64,000 nucleotides of DNA from Candidatus Binatia bacterium (lineage in GTDB: Bacteria > Desulfobacterota > Binatia > HRBIN30), in contig JBBRSP010000003.1 in assembly GCA_038245295.1 (NCBI GenBank), forward strand, positions 1-64,000. The letters are read 5' to 3'. Below the pieces are notes generated by a model that did not search any database, was not told where the DNA came from, and saw only the letters and a program-made list of their open reading frames with translations. Below are positions 26,484 through 35,491 of this stretch, one piece after another (the stretch's first letter is position 1; each line of letters opens with the position of its first letter). A program made the translations under genes and the position numbers.

Positions 26484-28544
26484 ATGAAGCCTCAAGGCCG
26501 TCATCTCGGTGTCGTCTTCCTCGCTTTCGCGCTCGCCGCTTGCGGCGAGAACAACATTCAGCCGCAGGATAGCGCTGCGACGGCAACGTCGACGCCGCAT
26601 GCCGTGGCGACAAACACGCCCGCCGCGGTGCCGACGTTTACGTCGACCGTGCGTCCGCTTGCCACGGCTACGGCCACGGCCACGTCGACGACGCAAGCGG
26701 TGGCGACAGCGACTCGTACGAGCATTCCTGCGTCGACACCGACGACCGGTCCCGCGGCGGCATTATTTGATCTCGACTCGAGCAACCCGACGAATCCGTT
26801 TCCCAGCAATCGCCTGCTCGGCAGCGACGGGCACGTGCACGTTCCTGCGGGTTACCTGCAGAGTGAGTTGCCCGCGACCGCCGAGTTCAATGCCGCGCGC
26901 GCCTATGCGCAGACCGTGTCGCACCAACTTGCGGCCTTCACCGGATTCGGTACCTTCTCCCCGATTCGAGTGCGCTTCGACCATCCAATGGTGGTGGATG
27001 CCGGCCGCAATCCGAACGGCATCCTGGTGCTGAACGCGGACAATCTGGAAGAGGCTCCGGTGCTGATCACCGCGACGGCGTACGAACCCGACCAGGCCCT
27101 CGAGATCCAGCCGGTCTATCCGCTCAAACCGAAGACGCGTTACGCCTTCATCCTGACCAACACCCTGGTGGACGCGGACGGCAATCACGCGCAGCCGTCG
27201 GAGGCTTTCACCAATCTGCTCAACGGCGTCGGTCTCGATGCAACGCAGATGGCGTGGCGCGAGCAATTGATGCCGGTCCTCAACTACGCCAACGACGCGT
27301 ATGACATCAAACCGGAGCAGATCATTGTTGCCGATCTGTTCACGACGACGCCGACGACGGACGATCTGATCGCCATCAAGAACCGCATCACCAGCGGCGA
27401 TTTGACGCCCGGGCTGCCGGTCTTCGACCAACCACTCGGAACCCTGGCGACCGGCATCTTCGCCGAAGGCACGCCGCAGTATCGCGACCTCATCGGCTCC
27501 AACACATCGCCCAACGTGAAGGCCGTCGCCATCGGCTACTTTGAATCCTTCGACTTCCGCGACAAGCCGAACGGCTCGTTCGAGGCGGGTCGCGTCAACG
27601 GCCCGACCATTCCGTCGACGAACAAGGTCGATTTCTACGTGACCATCCCCAAGGCAGCCAAGCCGGCGGCAGGTTATCCGATCGCCCTGTTTGGTCACGG
27701 GCTCGGTGGTTCGGGCCGCGACGTCGGCCAGGTCGGCAGGGTCGACACGGATGAGCCGGTCATGGGTATTGCGATCTCCGCCTTGCAACATGGACGACGC
27801 GGATCGGTGACCAACTTCTTCGTCCTCAACAATGTCGCCACCACGCGCGAGTATTTCCGACAGACGGCGGCGGACTTCCTGCAGGTCATCAAGATGGTCC
27901 AGAGAGCCAAAGCCGCGGGGATTGCGCCGTTCGACATGGTCGATACCGATCACCTGCTGTACCTCGGCGGTTCGCTCGGCGGCATCATGGGTACCTTGTT
28001 CATGGCGACCGAGCCTGACGTCACGGTCGGTATGCTGAGTGTGCCCGGCGGTGGTCTGCCGAACATTCTCGCGTCGAAAGACATCGGTGGTCTGCTCGAG
28101 CCGTTGCTGTCGTTGACGACTGGCATTGCGCCGAACAGTCCGTACTTCCGTCCGTTTTTGCACCGCTTCCAGCAGAGCTCGCAGTGGGCGCTCGATCCGG
28201 CTGACCCGATCAACTACGCGCCGTATATAACCATCCCGGGAACGCAGCTGCCCGGCGTGCCGGTGAAGCGTATCTTGATGCATGAAGGCATCGTCGACAG
28301 CGTCATCCCCAACCGCGCCACCGACGATTTGGCGCTGGCGATGCGGTTGCCGGATCTGAAGGCGACACGTGGTTGCAACAATCCATTGGGATGCAGCGGT
28401 ATCTGGCGCTTCGTCATGGCCGACTACGGTCAGGATGAGTTGTCGGGTCACGGCGTGACATTGGAGATCCCGCAGGCAACCCAACAGGCGTTCCGTTACC
28501 TCACCAGCAACGGCACGGTCGTCGACGACGCGAGTCCGAACTAG
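26484..28544 (+). CDS. Lipoprotein: Thr-rich linker, Ig-like domain, alpha/beta-hydrolase (lipase-like) domain
   Basis: Lipobox LAAC; PFPSN, PLKPKTRY; FGHGLGG and GGSLGG nucleophile elbow; DSVIPN. Confidence 0.8.
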   Translation: MKPQGRHLGVVFLAFALAACGENNIQPQDSAATATSTPHAVATNTPAAVPTFTSTVRPLATATATATSTTQAVATATRTSIPASTPTTGPAAALFDLDSSNPTNPFPSNRLLGSDGHVHVPAGYLQSELPATAEFNAARAYAQTVSHQLAAFTGFGTFSPIRVRFDHPMVVDAGRNPNGILVLNADNLEEAPVLITATAYEPDQALEIQPVYPLKPKTRYAFILTNTLVDADGNHAQPSEAFTNLLNGVGLDATQMAWREQLMPVLNYANDAYDIKPEQIIVADLFTTTPTTDDLIAIKNRITSGDLTPGLPVFDQPLGTLATGIFAEGTPQYRDLIGSNTSPNVKAVAIGYFESFDFRDKPNGSFEAGRVNGPTIPSTNKVDFYVTIPKAAKPAAGYPIALFGHGLGGSGRDVGQVGRVDTDEPVMGIAISALQHGRRGSVTNFFVLNNVATTREYFRQTAADFLQVIKMVQRAKAAGIAPFDMVDTDHLLYLGGSLGGIMGTLFMATEPDVTVGMLSVPGGGLPNILASKDIGGLLEPLLSLTTGIAPNSPYFRPFLHRFQQSSQWALDPADPINYAPYITIPGTQLPGVPVKRILMHEGIVDSVIPNRATDDLALAMRLPDLKATRGCNNPLGCSGIWRFVMADYGQDELSGHGVTLEIPQATQQAFRYLTSNGTVVDDASPN

Positions 28545-28576
28545 AAAGTCTCGGGCGGAGGACCACGAAGGATCCG

Positions 28577-29128
28577 ATGGGCAAGACCTACGAGACAATC
28601 GAAGCGCCGCTGCGCCAGTTCATCGAGAAACAGCATGTGTACTTCGTCGCCTCAGCTCCGCTGGGGCGCGAAGGACACATCAATCTCTCCCCCAAAGGCC
28701 TGGCGAGTTTCGCGATCCTCGACGATCGAACCGTCGCCTATCTCGACCTCACCGGCTCCGGAGTCGAGACCATCGCCCACCTGTGCGAGAACGGTCGTAT
28801 CGTCATCATGTTCTGCGCCTTCGAAGGGGCGCCGAAGATTGTCCGTCTGCACGGTCGCGGCGAAGTCGTGTTGCCCGAATCTCCCGACTTCGCGGATCTC
28901 CAGCGTTGTTTCCCCCGGTATCTCGGCGCGCGTAGCGTGATCCGTGTGCATATCGCCCGCATCTCGGACTCCTGCGGCTACGGCGTCCCAGTCTATCGTT
29001 ACGAAGGCGAACGCCCCCAGTTGCAAGAGTGGGCCGAGCGCAAAGGCGAAGCGGGCGTGGTCGAGTATCAAGCGAAGAACAACGCCAGGAGCATCGACGA
29101 CCTCCCAGGCCTGGCGACGAAACCGTAA
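28577..29128 (+). CDS. Pyridoxamine 5'-phosphate oxidase-family FMN-binding protein
   Basis: FVASAP, NLSPKG, DLTGSGVETIAH, MFCAFEG, SCGYGVP. Confidence 0.88.
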   Translation: MGKTYETIEAPLRQFIEKQHVYFVASAPLGREGHINLSPKGLASFAILDDRTVAYLDLTGSGVETIAHLCENGRIVIMFCAFEGAPKIVRLHGRGEVVLPESPDFADLQRCFPRYLGARSVIRVHIARISDSCGYGVPVYRYEGERPQLQEWAERKGEAGVVEYQAKNNARSIDDLPGLATKP

Positions 29129-29519
29129 ATCCCAGGGGACTCATGACCAGCCTCAGCGTCGAGACAATGAGGCTGTCGCCTGACTCCAACGTTCGGCTTC
29201 CCGGCGATGAACGAAACCGGGTATTGCCCGCGCCAAGACAACTCCAGGATGTCGGTTCGCGCCCGCTTGTCGCCTGGCTGAGAATTGCTCCACCGGGGAT
29301 GGGGAATCGGCAGTAATCGCGACGGCCCGGTCATTCACGTTTGTGTTCCATCCTAACCGCAGAGTTAACCCAACCGCCATCGCTCTTAACCGCACCGACT
29401 CTTACTCTCTGTCCGCATGAGACTCCGAACGACCGCGACGCGCGACGGCCGCCGACGAGTCAGGGATCGAGCCGGACCGGCGACGGTCGCCCGTCCGCAG
29501 ACAGAGAAGGAGGAGCACG

Positions 29520-30329
29520 ATGTCTAAACTTTTCACGGTCATTTACGGTCTCGCGGCGTACCTGGTGTTTTTCGCATGGTTCCTTTACGCGGTCGGCTTC
29601 ATGGCGAACTTCGTCGTTCCAAAATCGATCGATTCGGGTCCGACCGCGCCCTTGGGGCAGGCGCTCTTCGTCGATCTGCTGCTCGTTGGCCTGTTTGCCG
29701 TGCAGCACAGCGTGATGGCGCGACAGGGCTTCAAAGCGTGGTGGACCAGGATCATCCCTGCCGTCGTCGAGCGCAGCACCTATGTCCTGCTCTCCAGTGC
29801 TCTCCTGTTCTTCATCTTCTGGCAGTGGCAGCCGCTGCCAGGCGTCGTCTGGTCGATCGAGAGTCGCATCGTCAGTACGGCGCTGTGGGCCGTGTTTTGC
29901 GTCGGCTGGGCGACGGTCTTCCTGTCGGCCGTGATCATCGATCACTTCGATCTGTTTGGCCTGCGGCAGGTGTACTTGTATGCCCGCGGTAAGCAGTACA
30001 CTTCGCCGGTATTCAAGGTTGCGGCGTTCTACAAATACGTCCGCCACCCACTGCTTGTCGGATTCATAATCGCCTTCTGGGCGACGCCGCTTATGACCAT
30101 CGGCCACCTCCTCTTCGCAATCGCCACGACCGCGTACATGCGACTCGCCATCCAGTTGGAGGAACGCGATCTAGCCCAGGTCCACGGCGGCGCGTATGAG
30201 GCGTACCGGCGCCAGGTGCCGATGTTGGTTCCCCGGATGCGAGCCGGGGGCTGCCCGATCCGGCAAGTCGGATCGAACGTAGGATACGACCAAGGTCCTC
30301 CATCTCACGCGTCCGTTGGGGAGAAATGA
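29520..30329 (+). CDS. mddA: Methanethiol S-methyltransferase (MddA/ICMT-like membrane methyltransferase)
   Basis: LFAVQHSVMAR..FK.WW, ERSTYVL, HFDLFGLRQV, YVRHP, FWATP, EERDL; RBS AGGAGGAG. Confidence 0.8.
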   Translation: MSKLFTVIYGLAAYLVFFAWFLYAVGFMANFVVPKSIDSGPTAPLGQALFVDLLLVGLFAVQHSVMARQGFKAWWTRIIPAVVERSTYVLLSSALLFFIFWQWQPLPGVVWSIESRIVSTALWAVFCVGWATVFLSAVIIDHFDLFGLRQVYLYARGKQYTSPVFKVAAFYKYVRHPLLVGFIIAFWATPLMTIGHLLFAIATTAYMRLAIQLEERDLAQVHGGAYEAYRRQVPMLVPRMRAGGCPIRQVGSNVGYDQGPPSHASVGEK

Positions 30330-30334
30330 CATGA

Positions 30335-30904
30335 ATGATCGCACGCCAAACTCGTCAGCAACAACTCTTATCCGCCGGCAGAGTGACCGTCGTTTGGTGT
30401 GCGCTCATTCTCTTCTTCGCCGGAGTCGTTCTGTGTCCTTTCGTGTCGGCGTCGAAGGCGGCGCTGGCGAGCGCCAACGTGGATAGGACCTGCGTCGGTG
30501 ATTGTGAAGGTGGCGGGTTTGTCACCGTCGACGAGCTCGTCAGCGGTGTGAACATCGTCCTGGGCTCGTTGTCGCTCGACCGTTGCCAGCAATTCGACTG
30601 CAACGGCGCGAGGCAGGCTACGGTCGACTGCTTGCTAGAGGGAGTGAACGCCGCCCTGAACGGTTGCGCTCCGGGACCAACCGCGACGGCGACGCCCACC
30701 AGCGGGGCTGCGACAGCAACGATCCCCCCAACGACGACGCCGACTACGGCGACGCGCGCGTGTGGCATCTTCCTCGGCAAGTTCGGCAGCCTGGGCAACC
30801 ACGACGGGCAATTCAATTCCGCCGTCGCAGTTGGCGTCGACGGACATGGCACTGTCCTGGTCGCCGAGGAGAATCATCGGGTCCAGAAGTTCGCCTGCGA
30901 ATGA
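30335..30904 (+). CDS. Small exported protein: dockerin-like module, Thr-rich linker, single NHL repeat
   Basis: CVGDC..VTVDELVSGVNIVLG..C..FDC..VNAALNGC; KFGSLG..DGQF..VGVD..NHRVQKF. Confidence 0.7.
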   Translation: MIARQTRQQQLLSAGRVTVVWCALILFFAGVVLCPFVSASKAALASANVDRTCVGDCEGGGFVTVDELVSGVNIVLGSLSLDRCQQFDCNGARQATVDCLLEGVNAALNGCAPGPTATATPTSGAATATIPPTTTPTTATRACGIFLGKFGSLGNHDGQFNSAVAVGVDGHGTVLVAEENHRVQKFACE

Positions 30905-30922
30905 ACAGCCGACGATCCGCCG

Positions 30923-31666
30923 TCAACCAGGACCGCCTAAGCGCCGCCTGTCTTCTGGCACGCGGCGCAGCACAGCCTCGAGCCGCTGCACGTCGTCGGC
31001 TGTCGTGACTTCCCATCGCTCGGTCATCTCGTGGGCGTGCACTTCACCGCCGGCGTCGATGAAGCAACCGAGGGCCGTGGTGACGTAGGTTTCGCTGCCG
31101 TCGCCGGTGTCGGTGAGGTGTCGACGCATGGCGGACGGCAACACATAGAGGGGCAGGGCGACAAGGCCGGTGTCGGCGCTACCCGGAGGCGGCTTCTCGA
31201 TGATCTGTTCCACCAGGCCATGGCGGACGCGGACGGCGCTGCGGCTTGCGGTCGCCTCGATGCCCATATCGAGTGCGGCAACGTGTGCGGCGGCCGGCGC
31301 CTTGGCGGCGCTTTCCAGGAAGACTTGGAGTTCGTTCGACGGATAGAGACTGTCACAGGCGCACGCGACGAAGGGGAGCTCGTCACGCAACAGGGGGAGA
31401 GCACAGGCGATAGCGGCGGCGATGCCCAGCCGCTCGGCCTGCGGCACCAGCGCCGCGGAGGGATGCTCGGCGGCGAGAAAGTCGGCGAGCCGCGCATCGC
31501 TCGGATGGCCAACGACGATCAGTTCGGAGACGCCGGCATCCTGTAGTGCGTCGATCACCCAGGCGATCAAAGGACGGCCAGCGACGGGGACGGTTGGCTT
31601 GGAATACTGCCGACCGAGAGCACCAAGGCGACTGCCGGCACCGGCGGCGAGGATGATACCGAGCAT
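30923..31666 (-). CDS. Sugar-phosphate nucleotidyltransferase family protein
   Basis: IILAAGAGSRL, KP..PVAGRPLI, Q.ERLGIA, IEKP. Confidence 0.85.
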   Translation of the reverse strand: MLGIILAAGAGSRLGALGRQYSKPTVPVAGRPLIAWVIDALQDAGVSELIVVGHPSDARLADFLAAEHPSAALVPQAERLGIAAAIACALPLLRDELPFVACACDSLYPSNELQVFLESAAKAPAAAHVAALDMGIEATASRSAVRVRHGLVEQIIEKPPPGSADTGLVALPLYVLPSAMRRHLTDTGDGSETYVTTALGCFIDAGGEVHAHEMTERWEVTTADDVQRLEAVLRRVPEDRRRLGGPG

Positions 31667-31685
31667 GGTTCAGCTCAAGGCTATC

Positions 31686-31771
31686 AACGCAGAGACGCCG
31701 AGGCGCAGAGAGGTCGACGCGGTGCTTTCGTTCGGACAAGCATGCTCTGTGGGCCTCGGCGGGTCTGCGGT
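31686..31771. repeat. Imperfect inverted repeat built from ~9-bp units
   Basis: AACGCAGAGACGCCGAGGCGCAGAG versus CTCTGTGGGCCTCGGCGGGTCTGCGGT. Confidence 0.6.
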
Positions 31772-31780
31772 CATTCAGGG

Positions 31781-32854
31781 TCAGGGCCTGACTTCGTAAT
31801 ACGCGTTCACTGGATTGCCGAAGTCGTGTTGCTTGAAGCGCGTGAAGCCGGCGGCGCTGGACATGTCTTGCGCCACCTGTGCCGTGAATCCCAGGGTGCC
31901 GAGGCCGAGGCCGTCTGGTTCCGACAGCGCGGACGACATACAACTCATCACCGAGAAGCCGTACATCATGGCAACCATCGGATTGCCGGCGAGGTTCTCT
32001 TCAAAGCTCGGCTTGGCGTTGATGTCGGCGATCAACCACGTGCCGTCCGCCGCGATGGCGGCGCGAATCGCGTGCATGACGCGATCGGGATGGGTCATGT
32101 CGTGCAAGCAATCGAACGTGGTGATGAAGTCGAAATCGCCGCTGGGTGGCAGCGGATCGTTCGTCGGGTTGTGAAACTGTACGTTGCTCAAGCCAGCCTG
32201 TGCGGCGTTTTCGGTGGCGCGATGCAGAGCATGGTTCGAAATGTCGTAGCCGTGGAACTGCGATTGCGGATAAGCCTTTGCCATTTCGATCAACGCCACG
32301 CCGGTGCCGCAGCCGATGTCGGCTACCTTTGCCCCACGTTCGAGCTTGGTAACGACACCGTCGAGTTGCGGCAGCGCCAACGGAACAAGGATGGTGCGAA
32401 ACCACGGTGCGAAGCCGCGTTCGATGCCGACCGCACCTTCGGGCCCGAAGGCGTCATAGGGTAGGCCGACTCCGCTTTTGAAGGATTCGGGGAGACGTTC
32501 GATGACAGCGAACTGGGCCGGCAGCGAAGAGAACACGCCGGCCGCGAAGAACGGGCTGTCTTCGTTCGCCAGCACCAGCTCGGCTTCGGGACCAAGCTCG
32601 AACCGACCCTCGCCACGGTATGCGATGACATGCGCCGCCGCTTGTTGGCGCAACCATTCACGCACCCAGCGCTCATGCAGGCCGCTCTTGGATGCGAGCT
32701 CGTCGCTAGTCATCGCGCCGGCACCGTGCATCGACTTGTAGAGACCGAGACGGTCTCCGAGGTAGATCATGCCGGCGGTGGCGGCGCCGCTCATGTGCGA
32801 GAAGACGCTGAACAGGAAACCTTTGAGGCGATCAGGATCGAGTGCTTCGGCCAT
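31781..32854 (-). CDS. Class I SAM-dependent methyltransferase with N-terminal wHTH
   Basis: GDRLGLY, ERWVREWL, VADIGCGTG, FDCLHDM. Confidence 0.9.
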   Translation of the reverse strand: MAEALDPDRLKGFLFSVFSHMSGAATAGMIYLGDRLGLYKSMHGAGAMTSDELASKSGLHERWVREWLRQQAAAHVIAYRGEGRFELGPEAELVLANEDSPFFAAGVFSSLPAQFAVIERLPESFKSGVGLPYDAFGPEGAVGIERGFAPWFRTILVPLALPQLDGVVTKLERGAKVADIGCGTGVALIEMAKAYPQSQFHGYDISNHALHRATENAAQAGLSNVQFHNPTNDPLPPSGDFDFITTFDCLHDMTHPDRVMHAIRAAIAADGTWLIADINAKPSFEENLAGNPMVAMMYGFSVMSCMSSALSEPDGLGLGTLGFTAQVAQDMSSAAGFTRFKQHDFGNPVNAYYEVRP

Positions 32855-32976
32855 GGGCCGACCCTACCGTCTTGGTTGCAGAGCGGCAAGCACGCCGGGC
32901 TGGATGCATCGACCGCCCCCTTTGGTCGGTGACGTCCTTTCGATTTGTCTTTGGTGTGGTATGACGCGCACGCCCG

Positions 32977-35367
32977 ATGGAGTCTCTCGCCATAGTCTTG
33001 CGGCGTATTCCGCTCTTCGCCACGCTTCCGCCGGGGAGTTTCGCCAAAATCATCGCCGACCTACGTGAGGAGACCTATGAAGCGGGGGCAGTGATCTGCT
33101 TCGAGGGCGACGAAGCGAGCGATTTCTACATCATCAAATCAGGACAGGCTGACGTCTACGTCAATCGCGGTGGCAACGAGCGCGAGCTCGTGGCTGTGAA
33201 CGGCCCGAACGAGTGGTTCGGCGAACGCGCCCTGTTTTCCGATCGACCGCGCTCGGCCACCGTGGTGGCGCGCAGCGCGATGACGGTCTGGCGTCTGACG
33301 AAAGAGAAGTTCGACGGGCTGATGGAGGAAAATCCACGGCTCATCATGCAGTTTACCCAGGTTCTCAGCGATCGCTTGTATCGCGGCAATCAGGAACTTT
33401 CGAAGGTCAACGCGGCGTTCGTGCAGCAGATCTCGTGTCTGATCGATGCCGAGCCGCCGGAGATGTGTTCGCTGCTTCTCCAGGGCGCCGCCTTTCGAGC
33501 ACTCGATCCTGGCATGCTGCGCGCCGTCCTCGGTGAAGGAGCGGCCGATACGCTTCTCCGGCACGCTGCGGAGTTGCCGGCGGTTACCAGTCGTCGCGAT
33601 GGCAAACTGGTTTTCTCGGATGCGGTACGTGAATTTCTGCTGGCGCGCGCCAAGAGGGATCTAGGCTTCGAGTCGGTGCATGACCTGCAGGCACGCGGCG
33701 CTGCCTATTTCGAGCAGGCGGGGCAGTGGGATCATGCCGTCGATCTATTCATCCACGCCGAGCGCTTTCATGATGCGGCGCGTCTCGTAGCGGCGCACGC
33801 CGACGAGATTTTTCGCGACGAGCGTTTCGACGCGTTGCAAGCATGGATCGCCGAGCTGCCGCCGGACGTCTCATGGGCGTTTCTCGCCGACGTACGCCGA
33901 CGTTTCGACGAACGCCAGGCGGCTCGCTCGTTGGCGAGCCAAGGGCCGGTAGCTCGCAAAGCGCGCATTCCAGCCGAGGCCTGGACTCTCCTTGGCGGGA
34001 TCATCGGCGTCGTTGGTGGCGTGGCCTTGTGGCTAACTCCTCCGCCCGAGGGGCTCGACCTGGCCGGCATGAAGATGCTCGGCTTGCTGGCCTGGGCCGC
34101 GGCGTTCTGGGCCTTCGATGTTCTGCCCGACTATGTTGTCGGACTTGGCTTGATCATCGGCTGGATCGTCTTCGGCGTCGTGCCGGCCGAGGTTGCGGTG
34201 TCGGGCTTTACGACGAGCCCGTTCTTTTTGATCATCGGCGTTCTCGGCATCGGCGCGTCGTTACAGAGCTCCGGTCTACTGTTTCGCTTGGCGCTGCAGG
34301 TTTTGCAGCGCTTTCCGCTGACACATCGCGGCCAATGGCTCGGCCTGGCGCTGAGCGGCACGGCGATCACGCCCGGAATTCCGGACGTGACGTGTGGCAT
34401 CGCCATCGCGAGCCCGATTATTTTGGCCCTCTCCGATTCGCTTGGGTACAAACACCGCAGCAACGGGTCGGCGGGTATCGCCATGGCCGCGGTGCTCGGC
34501 TTTGGTCAGATGAGCCCATTCTTTCTCACCGGCGCCGCCGAGAATCTTCTCGCCTGGGGGCTCTTGCCCGAGGCAACACGCGCCGGAATCTCGTGGGTCG
34601 GCTACTTCGAGGCCGCCTTGCCGTTGGCGATCGTTACCTTCGTTCTCGCCTTCATCAGTACGATGCTGCTGCTACCCACGGAGATCCAGCCGACGGTATC
34701 GCGTGGGCTCATTGCGACACAGATCGAGGCCCTCGGGCCGGTGTCGCGCGCCGAGGCGGTGAACGGCGCCGTGCTGCTTGGCGCGATCATTGGTTGGGTG
34801 ACGGCGCCTTACCATGGAATCGACGTGGCCTGGGTCGCGATGATCGGCTTGGCGGTTCTGTTGTCGGCGAACTACCTCGATCGTGGCTCGTTCCGCGCCG
34901 GTATCTATTGGGACTTCATCTTCTACCTCGGCGCCGTGCTCAGCTTGACCAGTGTCGTGCACACGGTCGGCGTCGACAAATGGGTTGTTGGTCTGCTGAC
35001 ACCGATTCTCGCGCCGCTCGCCCAGAATCCGAAGATGTTCTTGTTCTTCGTCGCGATCGCCGTCATGGCCGCACGCTTCGTGCTTCCCAGTTTTCCGCTG
35101 GTATCGGTGCTGGTGTTGACGCTCGCACCCATCGCCATGCCCGCCGGGATCGACGCCTTGGCGCTCATTCTGGTGATCTGCACCTGTGTGTGCGTCTGGT
35201 TCCTGCCCTACCAGAGCCCCTACTACCTGGCTCTCTACTTCGGCACCAAGGAGAAAGCCTTCACCCATGGGCAAGTGCGCCCCGTGGCCTGGAGCTACGG
35301 TCTCATCTATTTGATCGCTATCGTCGTTGCGCTGCCCTACTGGCACTGGCTCGGCCTCATACAGTAA
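32977..35367 (+). CDS. Fusion: cyclic-nucleotide-binding domain + MalT-like helical region + DASS/SLC13 permease
   Basis: IPLF..FGERALF..PRSATV (cNMP); LQARGAAYF..WDHAV..DAARLV..WIAELP (MalT-like); many TM helices with LTPPPEGL, FFLTGAAEN, FLPYQSP. Confidence 0.85.
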   Translation: MESLAIVLRRIPLFATLPPGSFAKIIADLREETYEAGAVICFEGDEASDFYIIKSGQADVYVNRGGNERELVAVNGPNEWFGERALFSDRPRSATVVARSAMTVWRLTKEKFDGLMEENPRLIMQFTQVLSDRLYRGNQELSKVNAAFVQQISCLIDAEPPEMCSLLLQGAAFRALDPGMLRAVLGEGAADTLLRHAAELPAVTSRRDGKLVFSDAVREFLLARAKRDLGFESVHDLQARGAAYFEQAGQWDHAVDLFIHAERFHDAARLVAAHADEIFRDERFDALQAWIAELPPDVSWAFLADVRRRFDERQAARSLASQGPVARKARIPAEAWTLLGGIIGVVGGVALWLTPPPEGLDLAGMKMLGLLAWAAAFWAFDVLPDYVVGLGLIIGWIVFGVVPAEVAVSGFTTSPFFLIIGVLGIGASLQSSGLLFRLALQVLQRFPLTHRGQWLGLALSGTAITPGIPDVTCGIAIASPIILALSDSLGYKHRSNGSAGIAMAAVLGFGQMSPFFLTGAAENLLAWGLLPEATRAGISWVGYFEAALPLAIVTFVLAFISTMLLLPTEIQPTVSRGLIATQIEALGPVSRAEAVNGAVLLGAIIGWVTAPYHGIDVAWVAMIGLAVLLSANYLDRGSFRAGIYWDFIFYLGAVLSLTSVVHTVGVDKWVVGLLTPILAPLAQNPKMFLFFVAIAVMAARFVLPSFPLVSVLVLTLAPIAMPAGIDALALILVICTCVCVWFLPYQSPYYLALYFGTKEKAFTHGQVRPVAWSYGLIYLIAIVVALPYWHWLGLIQ

Positions 35368-35397
35368 CGCACCGTCGCCGGAATCCCGTTGCCGCAT

Positions 35398-35480
35398 CGT
35401 AGGGGCGGCTCGCGAGCCGTCCGGTTCGGCCCGCCGGCATCAAGCGCCGGCCGCCGTCTCTCTCGCGAGGCACCCCTACG
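35398..35480. repeat. GTAG-type REP pair
   Basis: CGTAGGGGCGGCTCGCGAGCCGTCC ... CTCGCGAGGCACCCCTACG between convergent genes. Confidence 0.6.
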
Positions 35481-35491
35481 ACGAGATCCAA

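Noticed and set aside
26763..28598. Long antisense or alternate-frame ORFs (also 33843-35402, 44731-45933, 52317-54170)
   Set aside because: Shadows of well-supported genes, expected in high-GC DNA; no recognisable motifs.
29148..29197. Hairpin CAGCCTCA..TGAGGCTG followed by AACGTTCGGC, resembling the right half of an attC
   Set aside because: No matching left AAC box or L box; at best a degenerate remnant.
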